30,868 nt of DNA from Cirrosporium novae-zelandiae (Eukaryota): the NCBI GenBank assembly GCA_026023565.1, contig JAPETS010000006.1, positions 930,001 to 960,868 on the forward strand, in the 5' to 3' direction. Below, in pieces: positions 20,171 through 30,278 of the stretch. The notes under the pieces were generated by a model. It ran no database searches, was not told the DNA's origin, and worked only from the letters and a program-made list of their open reading frames with translations. Positions within the stretch are counted from its first letter, which is position 1; each line of letters begins with the position of its first letter. The position numbers were made by a program, and so were the translations under genes.

Positions 20171-23041
20171 ATGGCCAGGAGGTCTACTAAAACCCGGGCT
20201 TCTACGCCAGCTACACGACGCAGTCGACGAAATGCGCGCCAAACTCCAGAGCCTGTCATCCCAGATGTATACCGAGAAATGCTTGAAGAAGCTGCCAATT
20301 CAACCCCGACTAGTTTTAGTGATGAAGGCAGGACCGTTAAAAGACGTAGGGTTGGCGGTAGAACAGTTCAAAAGCAGGAAGATGAACCCAAGACATTGCC
20401 GAATGATAGTCTGTCCGAAGACCATGACGAAAATGGAAACATAGCTACCGATACCCTCGAACCTCAGCTTGAGCAGGTTGCTTATAGGGATGTAGAATCA
20501 TCCGAAGAAGATGAGGATGGGATGGACTGGGAAGAGGTGGATATAGCTCAAGCAGCAGAAACAACACCAAATAGAGAGAGAATATTCAACAAGGATCAAG
20601 GAGCCATTGATATTGTCCTTGACCCAACCCCATCCTCGAATGAGCCATTGAGGGTCAGGAGAAAACCTGCTACTGTTCTAGAACGTAAGATGAAATTAGA
20701 AACCCATAAAACGCATCTTCTTTGTCTAATTGCACATGTTCATATTCGGAACATTTGGTGTAATGATTTTCAGCTTCAGGTATCATTTCCGGAATTGATT
20801 TGTCCTTACAGTAACATTTTGATGCTGACATCCGGAATAGGCTTCGTTGAGACCTATTCTAAGCAAACGTACTGTGTCGTACCTTAATCCATCAGAAGAC
20901 AAGTCTCAATTTCAGAAAGCGAGGTCCTTCCGAGATGGGCTTGAGCAAGCTTCGGAGATGTGGAAAAAGACCTTCAAAATTACGGCCAAGGGATTAAGAA
21001 GACCATATTGGGCTGAGAATACTGATTCTTTGAAGGATGTACGTAGACCTGAAAATTAAAGCTGACCTAAAGCATTTGTATTTAATAGTGCAAGCGCTTA
21101 CATTGGAACAGGTCAGACTATCTGACGACTTTGACCAAATTGCAGATCTATCAGATTTTCGAGAAGCAGCCGAAAAGCTAGAAGGCTCTCGAGATGTGGG
21201 CGCACAGCTTTTTTGTGCTTTGTTGCGAGCCGTGGGAGTTGACGCACGTCTAACCTGTTCTTTACAGCCGTTACCATTTTCAGGCATTGCAAAGGGCATG
21301 ATCCCTCAGAGAGCAAAAAGGGACTGGATTGTTGTGGACGCCGATGGCTACCTTTCTTCTGGTAGTGAAAGTACAAAAAACCCTTCGGATGCAGAGAGCA
21401 ACCTTCCAGCGTCCCCCGTTGCTGAGTCTAATACACCAGCTCGTCCAAGGCGGCGACTTGGACAGCCCAGCTTTGCACCTAATCCTCCAAATAGGACACC
21501 TAGGCCTACCCCGAAGCCTTCTCATGTCAGACGTCCCATCAAAGAATCTTCCCATCCCGTCTACTGGATCGAAGCCTTCAATTCTGCTCACCAGAAATAC
21601 CTTGCCGTTGACCCGCTTGTCACGGGAACTATTGGTAGACCATTTAAACTTGCTCCTCCTGCCTCTGATGCTTTGAACAATCTCAGTTATGTCCTATCTT
21701 TTACCGAAGACCTTACCGTCCGTGACGTCACTCGACGCTACACCCAATTCTACAATGCCAAAACCCGTCCCAATCGCATTGACAAAACTCCCCAAGGCTC
21801 CAAATGGTTCCGTCGAGCGCTACGATACCTTCGCAACCCTTTCCCGACAGACGCCGAACAAATCGAAGATGCCGAACTAGCGGCTCGTGAAGCACAGGAG
21901 CCAATGCCCAGAAATATCCAAGATTTCAAACACCATCCGTATTACGTTCTGGAGCGACACTTGCGTCGAAATGAAGTCCTACATCCAAAACATGAGGTTG
22001 GAAAGGTTAGTGCAGGACCAACAGCCCCTCTAGAATCCGTCTTTCGACGCAAAAACGTCCATCCCGTGCGAAGCGCAGATGCGTGGTATCGAGTTGGGAG
22101 AGTAGTTAAAAGTGGCGAACAGGCTTTGAAGGTTGCAATGCCTAGCCGACGACGAACTACCCGTCTAAATAATGCAGAGATGGGTGAGAGCGATGAGGAA
22201 GAAATGGAGCAAAGACCTGGAACAAGACTATATGCTTTCTTTCAAACAGAACCCTATATCGCACCGCCCGTGACAAATGATCTTGTCCCCAAAAACGCTT
22301 TTGGGAACATTGACCTTTACGTCCCTTCCATGCTACCTGACAACAGCGCGCACATTCGGCATCTCCTCGCAAAACAAGCCGCCCGCATCTTAAACATAGA
22401 CCACGCCGACGCCGTTGTAGGATTTGAATGGAAAGCAGGTCGGGGGACCGCCGTCAAGGATGGCGTAGTCGTGAGTAAAAATTTCGAAGAGGCCATGAAG
22501 GAAACACTCGAGGGTATGGAAGTATTACAGGAAAACAAAGAAATAGAGGCAAGAAGAAAAGAAGTTCTGGATACTTGGAGGAAGTTTCTGCTGGGGCTGC
22601 GGGCATATGGGAGAGTCAGAGAATATTTTGCGGAGGGTGATATTGAAGAGGATGAAGTAGATGAGGAAGAAAAAGAGGTTTCTAGAGGAGATGAGGAGGA
22701 AGACTATGAGGGCGCTAGAGGAGAAGGAGCGGGGGGGGGGTTCCTACTTGAGGCTAATAGCGCATCAATTACTGAGCCAACAGCAAAGCCGAGGATTCTT
22801 GATCACGACATAGAAGCAGAAGAAGGTGGAGGATTCCTCGTTGCTGATGAAAATGAAATTGATGCTCCAGCACCGATACCACACCCCTCACCTTATACGC
22901 AAGAGCCTCCAGAACTCTCGCACCACTCTGACGATGACGACGGCGGAGGAGGAGGATTCCTTCTGGAAGAAGACGATGATACAACCTCGCAATACCCCCA
23001 TTCGCATCTAGCTACAGCTTCCTTGCCTCTAGAAAATCCTC

Positions 23042-23122
<81 letters not shown>

Positions 23123-23517
23123 CCTTAACACGAGATTTAGATCAGGATCCAGATTCATACTCAAACCCCCACCCCCAAAACACCAACACCAACCCCCACC
23201 CAGAACCCCTCCTACGCCAACCCACCCTTCTAGAATTTGCCTCCCCCACCACCATCACTATAACCTCCACCAAATCTCCACACCCACCCATCCAAACCCA
23301 AACAGAACCCCAACCCCGAGAAGAAGAAAAAGAAATCGAGGATATAATAAACGTAAATGCACATGTCGATGGGGATGAAGGGCTCAAAGAAGAAAAAGAA
23401 GGAGAAGAAGGACAGAAAGAAGAAGGTACCGATAGCGACTCCTCAATCGATAAAACATCATTGATTTCGCATGATCCTGAGGATGATGAGGATGATGAGA
23501 TGGGATTTTTTGGGTAG
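20171..23517 (+). CDS. RAD4: DNA repair protein Rad4/XPC (nucleotide excision repair damage sensor), 3 exons (~1070 aa)
   Basis: Exons 20171-20779, 20841-21038 and 21112-23517. Introns 20780-20840 (GTATCA..GCTGAC..TAG) and 21039-21111 (GTACGT..CAG, acceptor chosen to keep frame). Motifs: HKTHLLCL..H..IRNIWCND, GSRDVGAQLFCALLRAVGVDARLTCSLQPL, PVYWIE, RDVTRRY, MPRNIQDFKHHPYYVLERHLRRNE, RSADAWYRVGR, VPKNAFGNIDLYVPSMLP, ADAVVGFEW. These match the transglutaminase-like and BHD1-3 domains. Confidence 0.97.
23044..23121 (+). repeat. (AAC)26 perfect coding trinucleotide repeat giving poly-Asn in the Rad4 tail
   Basis: 26 uninterrupted AAC codons, in frame. Confidence 0.95.
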
Positions 23518-24275
23518 GGTGTTGGGGTTGGGGAGAGAGGGTATGGAAAAAGGGGGGGGGTTGGATTTATCAAGGATGCGGTTTATGGTTTATAGGTAGA
23601 TGAATGAATAGATGGATATATCTAGCTGTCTAACTGTGTCTTTTTTTCCCCTATACTTCTCCTTCTTATCCCCCCCCCTCCAGCCTATCCTCCTAATTAA
23701 TACCCAAACCCAAACCCAAACCCAAGCCTTTTTTATTTATTTCCCCCCCCTCACCTCCACCACCCCCCCCCCAAAAAACCCCCCTCGCAAACAGAAACGC
23801 CGGATAGATAGATCGGTAGATAGATAGATAAAACAACAATAAAAAATTTGGATAATAATATATAAAAAAACTATGCTTATACGTATACATATATTTACTT
23901 CTATTTTATTTATATTTCAGATCTAATTCTAGTTCTTCTGTATCCTCTTAAAAAAAAGCAGCTCCATCCAACACGGACCATACTATACTAACCAACGGCT
24001 AATTACAGTAGAAAACTCCAAACTTATTCGGGTAAATAAATTATGCAGGGTCATAGTCTATTATTCTTTACTCGGTAGAAGGCTGAATGTAACATGTAAC
24101 ATGTATCTAGGTAGTCAGAACCAGTAAATCAGAGGCTTATGATTTCAATGGCTTTATTGGATTTCTTATTAGCTTGGTCCATGTGGAATCGCTTCGGAGG
24201 ATAGCTTTCTATAAAACCCTCCTACACACCACCGACCCTCCAACCCCTCCCCACGCTATCTCCAAAAAAAAACCC

Positions 24276-27200
24276 CTACAAAAACCCCACCCCCTTCCAC
24301 CCTTCAACCCACTTCTCAACCCACCCCCCCCCGACCTCTCCACAATTTCTAAGCCTCTCACTAACCGCACATGTAGCTTCCGTATTGAAAATCCTCTCAT
24401 TCCCTCTTCCCTTTTCCTCACTCTCCCCACCACCCCCTTCTCCTTCTTCTTCTTCTTCCTCCTCATCAGCCATTCCCTCAAAAAAATCCAAGAGTTTAAG
24501 TCCCGGACACTCGGATATAGAAGGTGGAGGGGGGTTTTGTTGTTGGGAAAGCAATTTCAGGGTTTTGGTCCATGTGGGTAGGGGGGTTGGGGTTAGTAGG
24601 GGTTTATGTTTATGAGGGGAAAGGGGAAGGGAGGAGAGAAGGTGGGTTTGGAGAGTGGACCAGGGGATTGGATGGGGGTTTGTTATGTTGTGGATTTTTA
24701 GTTTTGGGGGGGTTGGAGAGGAGGAGGATAATATGATATCGCGGATTGTATCTGCGGCAATGTCGATGGGGACCCAATCTACCGTTTGGGATCCGTACTT
24801 GAGGGTTGGGAGGATGCCGAGGTGTGAGGAGGTTTTGAACATGATGGGCCACATGTCGTTGGTGCTCCACCAGCCGGTTCTGGTATCGCCGCATAGTTGG
24901 CCTACGCGGAGGATTGTGGCGGTGTGGTTTTGATTGTTTTTGTGGTGGGTGGCAGTATAGGTTTCTAGTAGGCGCTCGATGATGTATTTGGATTGGGCGT
25001 AGCCTGTGGGGAGGGGGTTTAGAGGAGAATGAGGGAGTAGGGAAGTTGGAATCGTGGGTGGGGCGGCAGGCCCCATGGATGCGGCAATGGAGGAGGTGAA
25101 GAGAAATTGTGGGGGTGGGAAGCACGACGATGTGGTTGCGAAGTGTAGGAGGTTGAGGGTTCCACGGATACAGTCGGAGGCGAAGGCCGGGAGAGGCTGG
25201 TTGAAGTTTACTTTCCAGGCGTTGTGGAGGATTGTTGTTGTGGTGGTCTGTAGGGTTTGGTAGGTCGAGGCTGGGAGGCCTAGGAGGGGGGATGTCATGT
25301 CGTAGGTGAGCGGCTGGATTTTGTTGGTGGAGAAGAGGGATTGGGCGTCGAGGCCGCGTGCTTGGATTGCGTTGTATAGGCGGGTTTCTGGGTCGGAGCC
25401 TCGAAGGAGAGCGTAGATTTTTGAAACTTTGGGGGATCGAGTGAGGGATTCGAGGAGGGTGATGCCCAGGCCACCCGATGCTCCGGTGAGGAGAATCACT
25501 TCGCCTTCGTCGCCAGGTCTCTCTTTTATGTGAGTAGGACCTTGCCAGGATTTAATTTCGTTGGAGTAGGTCTCGATCATGTCGTTAATAAGTGCGGTGT
25601 AGTCTTTCTTTACGTCTTTTTCGTCTTTATTTTCGAAGTAGGTCACTAGTTGTTCCACACTTGGCTGCTCGAAGATGACACCTAGGGACATGGGACCGAG
25701 TCGCTTTGAGAGCGTGGCACGGAGGGAGAGACTGAGAATCGAGTTTATTCCCAGGTCGTAAAAGCTTGTGGAGGGGTCGAGCTCAGAGGCGGGGACGTTG
25801 CAAAGATTCGCCACAGCTCTGTGGATGAATAATGAAAGTGGTTCGTCTGGATCTTGGGATTCTGTTGTGTCAGAAGCTCCGTTCTCGAGGGCAGAATATA
25901 GATCTTCGATTTCCTTGCTGAAGATCTTGAGGACTTCGCCACGTTTGACATTGCCTTTAGGGGTAATAGGGAGTGAAGTGTCTTCAGGGACGATGTAGAT
26001 CATTGATTGCATAATCTTTGAGTGTGCAGCTTGCTTTTTGTTGACTTCTTGGATGGCTTCCCATACTTTTTGACGAACGGAGGGACCTGATGGGTCCGCA
26101 GTCAGCTCTAGAATTGCTGCAGTACATGGTCTAGAATGACCAAGGATAGCGGCCTTGCATATTAGATCGGAAGAAGCGACTATATCCATCTCAAGAGGGA
26201 GGGCATTGGTGTTCTCGCCATTTGAATGAACGAGCATATCATCCTTTCTTCCCTGGAGGACAAAAAGTCCACTATTCGGGGGATCTTGTATGAACATATC
26301 ATTCGTTCGATATGGCTCATCTTCTGGCTTATCGATCCACAATTCCGCAGCAAGTTCAAACCCTTTCCAAACTATGCATTCATACATACCCTCCCCAATC
26401 TCTTGCATTTCGATTTTCGGATTGTCGGGATATAAATTTCGGAATGCATAACATCGGGGGTTATCTCTTGTATGTGGAATTGTTCGAAAAGGTGGTCCGA
26501 TCTCTGTCGAGCCATAGGTGCTTTTCACATTGCAGCCTTTTTCTACCAGAGAAGAAACAATTGAGTCGGATAGACGGGCTCCGCCTGGTTGTAGTATCTT
26601 AAGTGAAGATAGAGGCGTAAAGTCATTTCCATTGGTAGATAGATGGTCATGTAAATTTTCGATGAGGGTTGGCGCACAGTGGACGCAATCTATAGGATAT
26701 CCCATCGAGCCCAAGGTATTCCAAGCTGCGAGAATAGCTGATGACGACGGAGGCCATATTCGAGGAGGAAATGATAACGCCTGGCCGTTGGGAAACCCCG
26801 AAAGAGCTGTTGAAATCCCCGCAATGTGGTAGACAGGAAACAGAAGAAACCAGTTTTCGATATGAAATTCTGGGAAAATTCGATACATGCGGGCAATTAG
26901 CATCATGCTCCTATTTGTATGAATAATTGGTTTTGGCATTCCCGTCGAGCCACTTGAATGGATTATGTACGTTTGTCGTTCCCATGGATCCCTACCATCC
27001 TCGAATTTGAACGCTTCAACTTTACCTATTGCCTTTGGATTATTTTGCAAGATTTCTTCAACCATGTTGATTTTTTTAATTCCTGCTAAATCCTGGTTGA
27101 TAAATCTAGATTCTACCACAGCCGCTACGGCATTGCATTTCTGCAGGAGGTGGTGAGTGGCTGGCAAAGCATTTCCATGGGCTAGTAGAAGTACTCGAAG

Positions 27201-27617
27201 GTTCAACTTTTGTAAGGCAAGCTCGGTGACAAAGTATTCAAAGGTATTTCCCTGTCCAAGTAGAGCTACTGTTGGTTGTTCTTTGGACGCATTTGCAACC
27301 TCCAACTCCGATTGCAGAGTATCCAAATAGCTAGCAGCTATGGTTTCTGTGTACTGATCAAATTCATACCATGTTACTGGGGCATATGAAGTGTCCTTTT
27401 CCGAGGTCTTTGGATATAAGAAAGCTGTCTGTTCAGGAAAGACCCGGGCATTGTGCCGCACCAAAGCACCCAGGGTTACAAGGTCTGGACTTGAGAAGCG
27501 AGTAGACCATGGATGTCCGTGAAGAAACCATAATTCTTTAGTTTTTTGAGGCGCTGAAGGAGAGACAATGACGCTTGGATCGGAAGAATTATAGTCGGAG
27601 AATTCAATAGAACCCAT
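24276..27617 (-). CDS. NRPS-like A-T-R enzyme (adenylation-thiolation-reductase; carboxylic acid reductase-like), intronless, ~1113 aa
   Basis: First ATG at 27617 (MGSIEF). A domain: YIIHSSGSTGMPKPIIH, YGSTE, YRTND, GRKDD, PITPKGNVKR. T domain (~25840-25630): FYDLGINSILSLSLR, IFEQPSVEQL. SDR-type R domain from ~25500: ILLTGASGGLG, ILHNAWKVNF, FTSS, GYAQSKY (YxxxK), LRVGQLCG, WVPID. There is no condensation domain. Confidence 0.95.
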   Translation of the reverse strand: MGSIEFSDYNSSDPSVIVSPSAPQKTKELWFLHGHPWSTRFSSPDLVTLGALVRHNARVFPEQTAFLYPKTSEKDTSYAPVTWYEFDQYTETIAASYLDTLQSELEVANASKEQPTVALLGQGNTFEYFVTELALQKLNLRVLLLAHGNALPATHHLLQKCNAVAAVVESRFINQDLAGIKKINMVEEILQNNPKAIGKVEAFKFEDGRDPWERQTYIIHSSGSTGMPKPIIHTNRSMMLIARMYRIFPEFHIENWFLLFPVYHIAGISTALSGFPNGQALSFPPRIWPPSSSAILAAWNTLGSMGYPIDCVHCAPTLIENLHDHLSTNGNDFTPLSSLKILQPGGARLSDSIVSSLVEKGCNVKSTYGSTEIGPPFRTIPHTRDNPRCYAFRNLYPDNPKIEMQEIGEGMYECIVWKGFELAAELWIDKPEDEPYRTNDMFIQDPPNSGLFVLQGRKDDMLVHSNGENTNALPLEMDIVASSDLICKAAILGHSRPCTAAILELTADPSGPSVRQKVWEAIQEVNKKQAAHSKIMQSMIYIVPEDTSLPITPKGNVKRGEVLKIFSKEIEDLYSALENGASDTTESQDPDEPLSLFIHRAVANLCNVPASELDPSTSFYDLGINSILSLSLRATLSKRLGPMSLGVIFEQPSVEQLVTYFENKDEKDVKKDYTALINDMIETYSNEIKSWQGPTHIKERPGDEGEVILLTGASGGLGITLLESLTRSPKVSKIYALLRGSDPETRLYNAIQARGLDAQSLFSTNKIQPLTYDMTSPLLGLPASTYQTLQTTTTTILHNAWKVNFNQPLPAFASDCIRGTLNLLHFATTSSCFPPPQFLFTSSIAASMGPAAPPTIPTSLLPHSPLNPLPTGYAQSKYIIERLLETYTATHHKNNQNHTATILRVGQLCGDTRTGWWSTNDMWPIMFKTSSHLGILPTLKYGSQTVDWVPIDIAADTIRDIILSSSSPTPPKLKIHNITNPHPIPWSTLQTHLLSSLPLSPHKHKPLLTPTPLPTWTKTLKLLSQQQNPPPPSISECPGLKLLDFFEGMADEEEEEEEGEGGGGESEEKGRGNERIFNTEATCAVSERLRNCGEVGGGWVEKWVEGWKGVGFL

Positions 27618-27725
27618 GGTTGATGTCAAGGAGGCTGATGTAGAAGCAAGGGATGAAAAACGAAAGGCCAAACAGAAAAACAAGAAAAGTAGCAGCGGGG
27701 TACATATCTACAAATGAGAGAGCTT

Positions 27726-28132
27726 GATAATGAACAGGTGGGATAAATTATGACCATTTCGAATGAGTACCTAGGTATTGAGCATGGATGAATATGGACG
27801 AGTATGGATGAGTATGGATGAGTATGGATGAGTATTATTGATTGTGTATTGGTGGTGGGTTTTGACGTCTCATTCGATTACAAGCCTTACGTGGGCTTAC
27901 TGAATCTTACGGCAGAAGAAACCAACGATACCGGATGACCGATACAGATAATTATCTAAAACTCCGACCACCTGCCATCATATCATCGCCATTTCGCGTT
28001 TCCTTATCAATTGACCATCCACTAACTGATACCTACTTCCGATAACCGTTGATGCCCCCAATTTTTGTTTTTTCTCTTACAATGCTGCATGACAATCTAA
28101 TCGAGAACTTTACTAGCATCTGCCTAAGATAA
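27726..28132. promoter_or_regulatory. Cluster of seven GATAA sites (candidate AreA/NIT2 nitrogen-regulation elements)
   Basis: GATAA on + at 27726, 27742, 27947, 28041 and 28128. TTATC at 27952 and 28004. The cluster includes the palindrome AGATAATTATCT (27946-27957). Confidence 0.55.
27780..27835. repeat. 10-bp tandem repeat (GAGTATGGAT) x ~5.5
   Basis: gagcatggat gaatatggac gagtatggat gagtatggat gagtatggat gagtat. Confidence 0.9.
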
Positions 28133-28345
28133 TGAGGTACCATTTTTGCTAGTAGGGGGTACTCTGACCCTGAAATCCTTCTTTCAGTCGATCATCATCT
28201 CATGGGTCGCATGATACCAGACCTAGAAAATGCTAGGACGATGGAGCTCCAGTCCCAGCTATTCTACAAGAAAGCTGGGGAACCCTTCCTTTTTTTTGGT
28301 TGATCAGTGCTCCTTTGTGAAAACAACGAGAACACCTACCCCACC

Positions 28346-30071
28346 ATGTTGCCAGCTGCCATCAAGAGGTTCGAGCTCCATCCTGAGCCTGGTTCCTTTG
28401 CATCAGGCCCAAATGGTCTCCCTTCCAACAAGGACCTCGATCCGGTCCCAAGAGATTCCGAAGATCGGAAATGGACATGGCCTTCATTACTTGGTTTTTG
28501 GATTGCGGAAGCTTTTACTATCTCCATGTATCAAGTTGCCTCTACTTCCATTAAGAAAGGTCTAAGCCCAGGCATGGCTATCGGAGCCATCATCGTTGGC
28601 CACTGTCTGGTCTGTATACCAGCAATGGCCAACGGTTATGTTGGATGCATTTATGGCATCAATTTTCCAGTGATGATGCGATCGACTTTTGGTATTTATG
28701 GAGCATATTTTGCCGTGTTTGTGAGAGGAATTGTTGCCTGCATCTGGTAAGTTCAGGCAATATATACACGTTATACGTTATACAGCACCCAGCTAAATCA
28801 TTTCACCTAGGTTTGGCACCCAAAGCTTCCAAGGAGGCCAATGCGTCCAAACAATGCTCGAAGCAATCTGGCCATCATTCGAAAACTTCCCCAACCATAT
28901 CCCCACAAGCGCGCACGTAACAAGTGCGGAGATGCTCTGCTTCTTCATCTTCATCATCATCGAAGCGCCCCTCCTCTGGGTGCGGGTAGCCAAACTCCGC
29001 TACCTCTTCATGATGAAAACAATCGTCATGCCCATCTTCGGCCTAACACTCTTCATCTGGGCCGTCGTGGCAGCCAAGGGCTTCGGTCCAACCTTCTCCA
29101 AACCAACAAAAATCATCGATGGCACCCCCGTCGTCGTAGTCTTCTTCCAATGCATCACCAGCGCCATCGGGCCCAAAGCGACCCTCGCCCTAAACATGCC
29201 CGACTTCACCCGGTACGCACGCCACCCTCGCCAAGTCTTCTGGACGCAAGCCGCAGGCCTCATAATCCTCGTAACCCTCTGCGGCATCCTCGGCGCAACC
29301 GTAACCTCCGCCTGCGAAACCATCTACGGAGTCTCCACCTGGAACCCGCTCCAAGTCTCAAAACTGTGGAACAACCGGGCCGCCCAGTTCTTCTCAGCCC
29401 TCTGCTGGGCCTTTGCCGTAATCGGCACCAACATCTCCGCAAACTCCGTCTCCTTCTCCAACGACCTCTCGCTCTGGTTCCCAAAATGGATCAACAACCG
29501 CCGGGGGGCCTACGTCTGCATGCTCATCTCCATCGCCTGCACCCCCTGGAACATCCAATACTCGGCCAAAACTTTCTCCGCCTTTTTGGGATCTTACTCC
29601 CTCTTCCTCGGCCCCATCGCTGGAATCATGATGGTTGATTACTGGATCCTGCGCCAGAGATTCTTAAACATCCCCTCCCTATACCGCCACCCAGACCTCT
29701 ACTCCTTCTTCCACGGTCTCAACCCCCGCGCCTTCATCGCCTTCGTGTGCGGGATCACGCCCAACCTACCGGGTCTTGCGAATGCGACGGGCCAGAGTGG
29801 GGTCCCGACGGGTGCTATTTACTTGTATAGTTTGAGTTGGTTGATTGGGACGGTGATTGCGAGTACGGTTTATTATGTACTGGGGAGGGTGTGGCCGATG
29901 GATGTGGGGAAGGGTGAGGGTGGGGATGAGATTGTGGGGGTTGGGGAGGCGGAGTTATGGAAGGGGGAGGTGGGGGTGGGGGAAGGGGGTGATGGTAAGG
30001 GGGGTGTTGTTGGTGGGGAGGAAGGTTATGAGGTTAAGAGGGGTGCTGTGGGGGTGGAGAGGAACTTTTAA
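28346..30071 (+). CDS. NCS1-family nucleobase:cation symporter (Fur-type uracil/allantoin-like permease), 2 exons (~553 aa)
   Basis: Start ccaccATG at 28346. Exons 28346-28746 and 28811-30071. Intron 28747-28810 (GTAAGT..GCTAAA..TAG). Motifs: NKDLDPVP, RKWTW...FWIAEAF, YGINFPVMMRSTFGIYGAYF..FVRGIVACIW|FGTQ, NMPDFTRYA, GTNISANSVS..NDL..WFPKWINNRRG, PWNI, FLGPIAGIMMVDYW, GLNPRAFIA. Confidence 0.95.
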
Positions 30072-30246
30072 GGAAAATACATATCCATATACCTACAGTA
30101 TATACATCCAAACAAAATAAAACGATCCATCCATCCATCCATCAACTACCCACCCAATCAAATTCCAAAAAATAAAAAACCCCCGTTCCCCATTATAGTA
30201 CAGTTAATTCATAATGCTCAATAGAAAGGATAATTAAAGGCCTAAC

Positions 30247-30278
30247 ATCCATCCATCCATCCATCCATCCATCCATCC
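30247..30278. repeat. (CATC)n tetranucleotide microsatellite, 8 units (a shorter run lies at ~30125-30143)
   Basis: catccatccatccatccatccatccatccatc read directly from the sequence. Confidence 0.9.

Noticed and set aside
27780..27835. CRISPR-like array
   Set aside because: The context is eukaryotic and the 10-bp units are contiguous with no unique spacers.
28202..28565. Upstream ATGs before NCS1 (in-frame 28202-28303, out-of-frame 28230-28565) as regulatory uORFs or an extra exon
   Set aside because: The transcription start is unknown and I found no convincing splice donor. The ccaccATG at 28346 already gives a complete NCS1 N-terminus.
28841..29638. 265-aa alternative-frame ORF overlapping NCS1 (also 24610-25125 within the A-T-R gene)
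   Set aside because: These are shadow ORFs. C-rich third positions suppress stops in the shifted frame, and the products are low-complexity H/R/P/L sequence.
1486..30071. MOSC/mARC protein and NCS1 permease as one nucleobase-detoxification cluster
   Set aside because: They are ~26 kb apart and separated by unrelated housekeeping genes.
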